Positions 25,976 to 36,139 of a stretch of 64,000 nucleotides of DNA are shown here, piece by piece (the first letter of the stretch is position 1; every line of letters starts with the position of its first letter). The stretch covers positions 1,201,573-1,265,572 of the forward strand of contig OZ316899.1 of NCBI GenBank assembly GCA_973895155.1. Reading direction: 5' to 3'. This stretch comes from Marsupella aquatica. Lineage: Eukaryota; Plantae; Marchantiophyta. A program made the translations under genes and the position numbers. Below the pieces are notes generated by a model. The model was not told the DNA's origin, made no database searches, and saw only the letters and a program-made list of their open reading frames with translations.

Positions 25976-26714
25976 ATTAAGCCATCATGATCTTGCCTAA
26001 ATACAAATAGTATTCCCTTAACTATAATACACTGTTGCGCCTTTTTTTCCTTAGTTTGGTCATCATTCAAAAAATTAATGTAGTGCCAACAAAAAAGGTA
26101 ATCAATAGACAGAAGGGATAAAACCAAAAATGAATTAATAAAATATACTTAGAGTGCCTTTCATCTTACTATTAAAGCTCCAACTCAAGTCTACTTTTAA
26201 GAGACTAGGTCTAGAGTGAAGCCTCTAGACCGTAACTCTATGGCCATCATGTGCATGAGAGAAACACATGACATTACTATGATGTATGTACATGCCAGTT
26301 TTCCATGATAATTTCTATACTTTAGGCACTATGGCCCCACCACAACATATGTGCACACAAAATATACTCATGTGCACATAAAGGAGAAGGGTATAATTAT
26401 TATATATGACTATTAAAATGATGAATTTGTTTATCATTTCATTAACCTTGAGTTCAAAGAATATGAATAGATAATAGACCGTTAACTTGTGTCTCCAATT
26501 ATTTTCTACTAGCTCAATACCTGTGCGTTGCACAAAAGATGTCGTGGCGGCCAAGATGTAGTTGAAAACAAAAGTGGTCGTGTCGTCCAAGCGGTTGTTG
26601 AGAAGAAAGATGTTGTGTCGGCCAAGAGGTCATTAAGAAGAAGGATTTGTTGCAAGGAGCCCAATCTGGTAAGCTCTCTTTCTGTGAAGATTGAATGTAT
26701 CTTTGGCAAGCAAA

Positions 26715-27765
26715 AGATAGTAAGTTCCAGTTCTAGTTTCTACCATTCTCATGAGATTCATGAGTATGATTGTACATTCGGGTGTTTGGGGTCCAGCGTT
26801 GGAGCCGTCGTTGGGTGGAGCCAGATATTTTGTGACGTTTGTACATGAATGTGTTGGCTGTACTACATGAAAGAGAAGTCTCAAGTATTTGAGATCTTCA
26901 AGGAGTGGAAAGCCATGGTGGAGCTACAGACTGGGAAGTTAGGACTTGAAGTGTGTTTGGTCAGATAACGGTGGGGAGTATAAGACAATCCAATGAGTTT
27001 GACCAATTTGGTTCGGACCTTGGCCTCAAGCGTCACTACACTGTACCTGAGACCCCGCAACAAAATGGAGTGGCGGAACGGTTGAATCAGACATTATTGG
27101 AGAAAGCACGCAGCATGCTATGTAGGTCCAAGTTGCCCAAAAACTTTTGGGCTGAAGCTGTCAACCAAGCTGCATATGTTTACAATCTGTCACCAAACAA
27201 TAATACTAGTAAGTTCATGCAGACTCCATTTGAGTTAGGGTATAAAACACCTGCAGATTACTCTAGACTTCAAGTTTTTGGGTGTGCTGCCTATGTTCAG
27301 ATTGAGCAGACAGTCACACAGGTCTAAGTTGGATCCCAAGTCTAACAAATGTATTTTTCTAGGCTTTAGTCCGGGGCAGAAGTGCTACAAGTTGTGGGAA
27401 CCTGTCGATTGCAAGGCGGTTGTGAGCAGAAATGTTGTTTTTGACGAAGAATGGTTGTCAAGACCCCGGGATATTCAGGAGGAACAGGTTCACTTGGTTG
27501 AGCACGACAATGATCCCGGTGTTATATTGGTCACTAAAGATGGAGACCCCTGTAGCTATGAAGAAGCTATGGCCTCTCCAGAGAAGGATAAGTGGATGGA
27601 GGCGATGTTGAAGGAGATGAATTCTTTGAAGAAGAATTCAACTTGGCACTTAACTAACATGCCTCGTGGGAAGACACTGGTTCCGTGTAGATGGTTGAAC
27701 GTACAAGAAGAAGCAGGATGGCACTTCCAAGGCACGCCTTTTGGCCAAAAGGTACACCCAGAAAG
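26715..27765 (+). pseudogene. Ty1/copia integrase to RT-start fragment (Tnt1/Tork-like), no LTRs at its ends
   Basis: VWGPA..SLGGARYFVTF, DNGGEY, TPQQNGVAERLN, FWAEAV, LQVFGC, KLDPKS.KCIFLG, SRNVVFDE, KWMEAMLKEMNSL, FKARLLAK, with frameshifts. Confidence 0.92.
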
Positions 27766-28199
27766 AGGACTAACAAAAGATAACAAATGATAACAAAAGA
27801 TGTAGTGTTGGCCAAGTTGTTGAGAACAAAAGATGTTTTGTCCCCCAATATGTTGATGTTAAGAAAAAAATATGTCATCTCACCCAAGATGTTATTAAGA
27901 AAAAAGATGTCGTGTCATCTTGGGTTTTCTCATGACTTTTTCTCTCCACACCATCTTTTGTGCAACTTTTGTCTTAACGACATCGGTTTTACTTAACGAC
28001 AGCTTTTCTCTTGACAACATCTTGGGTGCCACAACATCTTTTATATTAACGACATCTTGGGCAACACGACATTATCTTTCTCAACAACATCTTGGGTGAC
28101 ACGACATCCTCAGAGTATGTATTTTTCACAAAAGTATTTTGGGGGCTTTTGTGGGACCCATCACATAGTTGAACCCAGTTAAGCCAACTATTATGGGTT

Positions 28200-28470
28200 A
28201 TTAGGGGATTGACCCTTGGTTAGTTTAGGATAAGATCCATGGATTTACTAAGGTCCACACATTTTAGTTCCCCTTGGGGGGTATAGGATGGAGGGAGAGG
28301 CAACAGTCTCTCACTCATTCTTCACATGTCATTTTGACCAATCTCATGAACTATGGATCATTCAGAAGTTTCTCTATGATCGCGGTGTCTTGTTGGTCTT
28401 CCGCATGATTGCGGTCTAGTCTAGAGTGAACATTTTTCTACATAGGAAAACCGTGAGCTCCAGACTAGAG
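28200..28470 (+). repeat. Dispersed repeat copy 2, followed by a short inverted copy of its own 3' part
   Basis: See 25725. AAAACCGTGAGCTCCAGACTAGA (~28447-28469) is the near reverse complement of TCTAGTCTGGAGCTGACGGTTTT (~25947-25969). Confidence 0.7.
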
Positions 28471-29368
28471 AGCAATGCTTGGAGAGTGACTCAGAACTTA
28501 GTACTTAGGCTTAGTAATTTAGCCAGTTGAGGCATTGTTATGACATCACTCTCTCCCGAAACTATCAATGGTTTGCGGTCAAATCAGTGTTACCAATCAC
28601 TCATCAAAAATCCCATATGGCTCAAACAAGACAGTCCAATGAGTTTGTGACCATTTCATTGTTGTGGCCATTTTTATGTGTGGGGCCACTTGTGTACTTG
28701 GTCAATATGGTCATTGCAAAGAAGAAGTTAATTATTTTAGTTCTCCCCTCAATAGCCTTTTCTCCCACTTTCCTAAGAATGATGTCTTTTAAACTGAAAA
28801 CTCTAATTGTTCTTTTTCTATATGTTTTACATTAATCGAATGTGACAAACATGTGTAAAGATTTTCATGTTAGACCCACCTACAATTATGGCCGCATGTC
28901 AACTCACATTCAATTTCCATTCACCTTCATATTAGAATCCTTTTATTAATGGATGCCAGTGCCATAGTGTAGGTGTGGGTGGAATCCCATTCCTCTCTCA
29001 AGCTAGGTGAGTCTTTATTCTGTAGTTAGTTCCTTGACCCAATCTAATGGACAGAAATATTTAGGCCTTATATCCAAGGGTCATCTTTATATTGTTTCAT
29101 GCAACAATTTTGGTCTTGTTGTCCACTGTCTCCATAGATGTGGTCAGTATTAAGTTTGGAATAACCACCGCCTGGCCAAACTGAGGACTCATGGTTTGGC
29201 CTTGCCCTCAACTGGAAAATAATGGAGAAATGCCTCATTATATACAGTCACCTTATCTGAATTATAATTATGGGAGTTATTGGGTAATTATTCACTAAGT
29301 AAGTAACTTACTAACTTTCACTAATATTTACTTTTATTACTTAGTTAGTTTGCAAGTAACCATTCCGG

Positions 29369-29717
29369 AGGGTCCTCTAATAAGTATGTAACTACCACAA
29401 TTGTGGATGCTAGTTGCACCAACTTATTTGGAGATTGGAGGGCCTATGTGAGGGGTTCAAATCCCTCCTCTATGAATTATTTCCTAATACTAACAGTTTA
29501 GGGGTCCCCTAACACATGCCTTGGTTGAAGGAATCACTTAGAGGTCCTTTTATAAGTATGTAACTAGTACCATAATTTTGGATGCTAGTTGCACCAAGTG
29601 ACCTTATTTACATATTGGAGGGCCTATGTGAGGGGTCCAACTCCCTCCTCCATGAATGGAGACCTAATAACGTGTAGGGGTCCCCTAAGACAGGGTTGAA
29701 TGAAGGACTCACTTAGA
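29369..29717 (+). repeat. Tandem pair of ~175 bp units containing a Pol III B-box-like motif
   Basis: Units 29369-29540 and 29541-29717; GGTTCAAATCC at 29454-29464, degenerate copy at 29634-29644. Confidence 0.7.
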
Positions 29718-29769
29718 GCAACACTCAATTAGGGTTATCACTAACCCTAAACAAGTGATGTAATTACCG

Positions 29770-30030
29770 GATTCGCTCTCAGTCCCCGACTTTCACTCAC
29801 ACACTCGCTCACTCACTCGCGATCGGTATCGACCTCCTCGCTCATTCCCCGATCACTCTCTTGGTCGTTCCTCGTTCCTCGTTCGCTCGCTCGTTCCTCG
29901 ATCGCTCGCTTGTTTACTCGCTCCAGCCGCCTTTGATCACTCGCTCGATCACTCACTCCTCCTCCCCGCTCATTCCTCCCTCGATCGCTAGTTTGCTGAT
30001 CCCTGCTCCTGCTCAAAGCTCCTTGCTCAT
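29770..30030 (+). repeat. TC/CGAT-rich low-complexity tract resembling a plant 5' UTR leader
   Basis: Repeated CTCGCTC/CGATCACTC downstream of a telo-box; followed by a GT...AG intron-like segment at ~30237-30297. Confidence 0.5.
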
Positions 30031-30705
30031 GAGTTGCCTGGTTTATTCAGCTCCTCCTCAGGACTCTAGCTCTCCTCCTGCTCTTCAGTTCTCTGGTTCA
30101 TTAAACTGCTCCTCAGTTCTCTCGTTGATTCAGTGCTCTTATTCTGGTTGATAGTCTCCTGGCTACTATTGAGCTCAGCAACTGGTTTAGGGCATCAACT
30201 ACTTCAGCTGATTGACTGCTCCTTCTCCTGAGATTGGTAATGTATGATTCATCCTCTTGAATTGTCCACATTTTGTATGTTGTAATCTTCTATGCAGACT
30301 TCCAGAGGTCTTTTGATAGCTTCTTGTTTTAGGGCTTGTGGTTTCCCGCTGCCTCAGTCAGTTTGTTGGGGACCGGTTATGTTGTTGTTGTGAGAATTGA
30401 GTGTGGCTGGATGTTTTTAAGTAACCCTAGGTTTTGTCATGCAAATGCAGACCTCTCATTCTTCAATCAATCACAGAGACGATATCAACCAATCAATCAA
30501 TCAATCAACGATATCCATTTCCAAATTCAGGTGAGGATCCAATCTCTGTGTTCAGAAATTAGTCATTGATAGGATACCTTAAAAAAATGAAATGCTTTCT
30601 TGTCCGTATGTGATTTTGGGTTAAGTTTATCGCAAGCACGCCAGATCTGACTTGGGTACACTCTCAAATCGTTGTCAAAACTCTCCTCTTTCTTCTCGGG
30701 ATCCA

Positions 30706-31270
30706 CGGAACGGTGTCCCACCTTCCTGTTGAAAAAAGTCCCACACCCGATGGCACGGTGTTCCACGGGCTGTGAGAGGAAGTCCCACACCCCATGGGTC
30801 GGTGTTCCGCGTCCGAACGGGACGGTGTTCCGCTCGCCCAGAACCAAAGTCAAACACCCCACAAGATGGCCCCACGAGAAGGCGTTTTGCACACCCGATT
30901 TGAACACCCCACGGAACGGTGTTCTCCCCGCCCTACAACGGGACGGTGTAACGCCCACGTGACTCTATTCCGCGAGGGTCAAAGACATATGTGGAAAGGT
31001 GTAGAGCCCATGTAAGAACTATATCCAACATCAAACGGGGCGGTGTTCCGCCCGCCCTCAAACTCAGAAATACCTCGCATCGACACAGACCAGACGGGAC
31101 GGTGTTCCGCGGGCATTCACCACATATTTGGACTTAAGTCAAACGGGGTGGTGTTCCTCCGAAGATTGGAGACCAGACGGGACAGTGTTCCGCCAGCGTC
31201 GAACACCTATTTGGACTTTATTCCTGACGTAGTGAGAAACATATCAGACATCGGACGGAACTCTGTTCCG
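30706..31270. promoter_or_regulatory. Cluster 2 of the 15 bp palindrome (11 copies), upstream of the cargo genes
   Basis: Copies at ~30706, 30751, 30795, 30818, 30912, 30939, 31036, 31095, 31144, 31178 and 31256; consensus CGGRACRGTGTTCCG. The regulatory role is inferred. Confidence 0.78.
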
Positions 31271-31436
31271 CCGATAGATAACACTCACTGGGGAGAGTTT
31301 GGAGAGGAGAGCCACTTATCGGGGAAACAATGACGAGGAAGACGCAACTAAGGGAGCTCCTCTTATATTTCTCTTCCATAGGACATTAGCCTTGAGATTT
31401 TTAGCTGTTGCACTATGCCGATACCTCTGATTCTAA

Positions 31437-32009
31437 ATGAAATCTCCTGCGATTGCAGAGACGATGGGTAAAGGCGTTGAGTGTTTCAATAAGTTTCGCC
31501 CAAGATTTGAAAGACATCTAACTCTCCAACGTAGTCTCACAAAAGAATACGATATGTTGGAAACTTTCCTTCTTCCAGGGCTTCCAAACGAACTCGTCGA
31601 GAAGTTAATTTGGCAGTCAATTCTGAAGGATTACAATGCCCTCGCGGATGAAAGTTCATTTTCTGATACAGTACTAAATTCATTGGTCTCCCTCAGGTCA
31701 GTCTCTTGAAGGTGGTGGCACTTGATAAATAATACCTATCTCTTGGGGGTAATCAAGATGACTATTTTGGACTTTCCAGAAAGGAAAGCAGTGTTTCCAG
31801 TTGAATATATTCCTGCGCCTCATCTGAAACAAACCACATACAACTTTTTTAGAAAGTATCCAGATCTAAAATTCTTGGGATCAATGCATAAACGCCTTCT
31901 AGATCAGTTCACGAAGGCATTAGACTTATTGCATCCCATTGAAAAATGGAAATTCACGTTGCTCTATTACAAAAGCAGATACCTGGAGAATGGTTTCTAT
32001 TCTAGATAG
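31437..32009 (+). pseudogene. F-box protein 1 (one in-frame TGA)
   Basis: FLLPGLPNELVEKLIW...LRSVS*RWWHLI. ORFs 31437-31709 and 31722-32009 are in frame across the TGA at 31707-31709; CGA would give the typical LRSVSRRW. Confidence 0.72.
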
Positions 32010-32049
32010 AATTTGCTCCTAATAAGTTCCATTTGGTCTATAAGGCAAG

Positions 32050-32631
32050 ATGGACCACGCCTCTTCGAGAGACGCGCAGCTCGAGAGGGTTTGCGACTTC
32101 CTCAAAGAAGTTGAGAGAGGAGAGAAGTCACAAAGATGGAGGCTAAATCCGGAATCTTCCTTCATAGGAGGTTTGCCGGATGGTTTGGTCGTCGATAAAA
32201 TTTGGCCTCTTTTGATGGATGAAAGTCTTAAGAGCGGAGATCTTGACCGAGAATTTTTTGTCTCTAGGACGACTGACATGATCCGACTTGCATCATGCAA
32301 CAAAAAGTGGCAATTTCTAGTCAAAAATACAAAATTTTGGTTTGCTCTCGAAGAAGCAACAGAAAAAATAGAGAAGATCAACGACGACCTAGACTATGTC
32401 CCAGAAGCCAAACTTTTAACGCCACGGCATCTCTTAAACGTTTTCAAAGACAACCTCTACGAGTTTTTGAGTATCGAGATACTTGGTTCCCTTCGTCCAG
32501 AGGACATAGTGATATTTTGGATGTTGTGGAACTGTTTGAATGCCGAACAAAGAGAAGTAGTGCAGGATAGATTCCGAGCCTCCAAAAATGATAACTCAAG
32601 GAAATCATTGTATTCCAAATTTTTTGAATAA
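32050..32631 (+). CDS. F-box protein 2 (193 aa, open frame)
   Basis: FIGGLPDGLVVDKIWPLL...MIRLASCNKKWQFLV matches the start and end of an F-box with an internal insert. Confidence 0.68.
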   Translation: MDHASSRDAQLERVCDFLKEVERGEKSQRWRLNPESSFIGGLPDGLVVDKIWPLLMDESLKSGDLDREFFVSRTTDMIRLASCNKKWQFLVKNTKFWFALEEATEKIEKINDDLDYVPEAKLLTPRHLLNVFKDNLYEFLSIEILGSLRPEDIVIFWMLWNCLNAEQREVVQDRFRASKNDNSRKSLYSKFFE

Positions 32632-32732
32632 AATCAAAATCCATTTCATTTGTACTTGTTGTACTCAAGAGGCACACGGAAAAGTGTTCCGCGAGCTCTA
32701 GATCTTGACTTTCTAATCGTGTTTGTTTGCAG

Positions 32733-35700
32733 ATGGATTCCAAGATGGCTTCATCGTCAAAGAGAAAGGCTGAGACCGAAACACCCCAAAGGAACAAGGC
32801 TTACAAGGTTACTCGACGTGACGTTGACATTTCCCTTGGAAGATTCAAGGGTGCTAAGCTCTCAAAGGTGATGTGTGATGAGTCAAAATCAGTCCATCCG
32901 ATGAAGATGGAGAAATGTCAGAGATTGGGGGTGGTTTGGTATGGAGGATGCCTCTTCCTTTGTGTTGAGACAGAGTCCTTCTCAGTGATTGCCGACCACA
33001 AAATAGTCGGATCGTTCTTCAAGCGGAACTTGGGGCTTGCTGAATTCCAAGAGTGTCTCTGCCTCTTACTCAAAGACATTGAAGAGCAAACAAAAATTGC
33101 CATTTGCATGAGACTCCTAGAATATAACAAGTTTGACCAAGCAGGGATCGATGAGGAATTGAAGAGGACAAACAAGTACAGAGATTTCACCTCCGATCGG
33201 CTCCTAAAGGAAAATATCCTTTTCCCAATAACCCCTAAAGTTGTTTCCGGGGACACTCTCACCTTCTACTTTACAAGTATTTTTGAGTGGAGTAAGGAAG
33301 ACTTTGTGAGAGACTTTATGGTCGGGAGGAAAGGCGAGATCCGTCCCGGAAATCTGCCAGAGGAGGTCAATGAGAAGAACGCGAAGGAAATGTTTAGTAA
33401 TCTTTTGAACGAGTATAAGTTAGTGACTTTATTTGAAGGGAAATCCTTTGAGCTAGAGACACTCCAATGTAAATTAGGACCAGATGACTACAAATGTTGA
33501 GTCTTTGATAGGAAATACTGTGAAGTTCTGAAGGGGTCCATGATGGGTCACTCTTCCCTGGCATTGGAGAAAACTTGGCTCTACCTCATTCCAGTCCAGT
33601 GGGATGCAGACAAAGCTAAGAATGATCCGTTGTACAATCGGACTCCCTTCAAGTCAAAACCAACACTTGAAGATGTGAAGGATTGCTACTTCTGGATTAT
33701 TGGAGGGCAACATACAATTGAAGCTTACAAACTGCTAATTGCAGAAGAGAAATTTGATTCGATGAAAAAACAGGAACTCATGAATGTTACTGCCACTCTA
33801 TTTTGGACACCATTCAATCTCGTGGGGAATACAAAGATTATGGGGCTCTCTCAAGCCTTGAACAACATGAACAAGGCCACCATGTCGGAAAGTCAATTTT
33901 TGTTGATGGCCAAGCAAGTAAGGAAAATCTGGGTGTCAGCGGGTTGACCACCATCATTGAGCGGACAAAAAGCAAATTCAATGTGGAAGGTATGTTTAAA
34001 TCATCTTGTTTGAGTTTTCACTTATGTTATTTTCAGAGAGAATTAAAATAACGACAGCCGCAGAACAGTGTTCCGTGGGGAATTTATGTTTCTAACTTTG
34101 ATTCTGCCTATTGCAGCCATTTTGTGCAGCCGCCCATATTGCGTATCCAAATGCTGTCATGGTGAATGGAAACATGAGATTCATCGAGATGGCACCATTT
34201 TTATTTGAGATGAAGGATGACATGTTTGACCTGTGGATGGAAGTTCAACGTCTCTCTAAAGATGGTCTCCTTATCCACTCAAATAAACTTCTCCAGCACA
34301 AAGCGAAGCCGTATGTGGATAGAACCACCTGGCATCTCCGGAGAAGGTTCTTCAAGCACATGCAAGGCCTTGAGGATCAAGATCTAAAAAAGTTGGCAAA
34401 GTATTTGATTGCTAGTGAGAAGGTGTCACTCTTCCCAAGCCGACCGAATGACAAGAATTACGACCCAGCTGAAATGGAGGGGTGGAGGTCACTTGAACAG
34501 TTTTGCCTCGAGAAGAAGAATAAGCGCATCTTTGAATGCATATTTTTGTTCGAGTTCATTGAGAGAAGCAAAATAAACGAATTTTGGATTTTGAGCAAAG
34601 ATGAACGAAAAAGAAAGGTGGATGACGTTCACAGTTTTTTCCATATTGATGGGCAGCGGATGCGGATGCTAAGGGAGTTGCTACCTCCTAGCCTCCTCCA
34701 AACTGGACGGCTCAACAATTTGAATTGGGCGAAACTGATCGATCAGATTCCGGTATCTTTCAAAGGTCTAGTAGACTCAATTTTGAGGTCTGTCGACCGG
34801 AACGGGAATCTACTTGTTGTGAAGAAGAATGAGCTTTTTCATTTGCAATCGATTGAAGGGTTTGGAGGCAAGAAGTTTTTTGATGGTTTGTCTCAAACGC
34901 ACCAGAATACCCCGGTGGACCTTTTCTATTTTGATTTGACAAGGACATCTGAGTATGGTCCATATGACCATCATTTTTATCGTCGGTTTTTCCAAGCAAC
35001 TTTGACGATTGGGGGTACCCGACATAAGGTGGTTCTGATTGTCAACCCTTTGGAGATTATTGACATGATGCGAGGCATCACACCGACCAAAAAATACATT
35101 TGTCTCCCAGCCCAACTTAATTTTCCGAGCTCGGAAAAAAACCGTAATGATATATTGTTGGATAATGAAGGGAAAATAACACAGTATGTGTTGTATTCCT
35201 TTTTTGATGAAGCGTTTGTCGGTTTGAACCTTCTTGAAGAAAAGGAGTCATCTCTCAAAGACTCAGTGAGGAGGAAGCTCTCAAATTTTGATGAAGTGGA
35301 CGTCCCCGAAAATCTAAGCAACGAGAAAAGTACTACATTTTTTGCATACCTGGTGAAGCTATTTCTATCGTCTGGTGATTCTGTCGTATGTTTTGGCGAC
35401 AATCGTCGTCTTATCAAATGTTTGATGGTAAGTGAGTTAGCTATTCAATTTCATATGTTGTGGAACATATCAATGTTTTGAAATATTAAATACTGAATTT
35501 GACTACTGATCAACACAAATGGTTTCTTGGATATAGGGGAATTCTATATTTGTGACAAGTTTTTGCTCCGTTGAGAGCCAAAATCTCCTTTCTGAATACT
35601 TGAATGCATTATATCCGTCATTCGACAAACCAAGATGTGCCGAGCGTGAGACGCTCGAGAACCTCCTCCGGAGAAACGTTTTGAAGAAGAAGTCAATTTT

Positions 35701-35870
35701 TGAAGTCAGGGATGACATTCTTGATATCCTGAACGAGACCTATCAACTGACAGATGGTCAAATAAAACTTGTCATCAAGGAGTATGGGTTACAAGAGCGG
35801 CCTTCAGAAGATGATGATTTTGTCCTCTACTCTCTTCCTAAGCTCCTTCCGACTGGACCTCTTGGCAGTA
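32733..35870 (+). pseudogene. Spliced multidomain gene: ParB/Srx-like domain followed by a degenerate DNA methyltransferase-like region
   Basis: ORFs 32727-33500, 33540-33947, 34111-35481 and 35552-35962 form one frame via two TGAs (33498-33500, 33945-33947) and two phase-0 GT-AG introns (33990-34116, 35428-35536). Motifs: VFDRKYCEVLKGSM, FWIIGGQHTIEA, VDLFYFDL...YG, LVKLFLSSGDSVVCFG. The gene structure is well supported; the domain identities are tentative. Confidence 0.65.
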
Positions 35871-36139
35871 AGTGTTTTACAACAACTTTACTTCACTCTT
35901 TCTTTCAAATTTGCCAAATCTTGCTAGGGGGGTTTTTGACAAGTCCTTGCAAACGAAGATGAAGATCCCATCTGAATTTAGAGAACACTTCTTTACGCAT
36001 TTATTCTCCGACGGAACGGTGTTCCGTGGGGTTTTTTTTAAGGAAGTTCCCTCGGGGTGTTAAACCAAATGAATTAACCGAATGAAAAGACCAAGACTTG
36101 GATATTTATTACAAACTGACATGGGTGTTATTAGGTGGA

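Noticed and set aside
24863-26085. CACTA...TAGTG pair suggesting a nested CACTA element
   Set aside because: Only the 5 bp ends match, and the 3 bp flanks differ (ATA vs CCA).
29454-29464. Possible tRNA gene
   Set aside because: Only a T-loop/B-box-like 11-mer is present; I could not fold an acceptor stem or D-arm.
30706-31270. Palindromic repeats with unique spacers resembling a CRISPR array
   Set aside because: The repeats are only 15 bp, irregularly spaced and degenerate, there are no cas genes, and the context is eukaryotic. Treated as binding sites instead.
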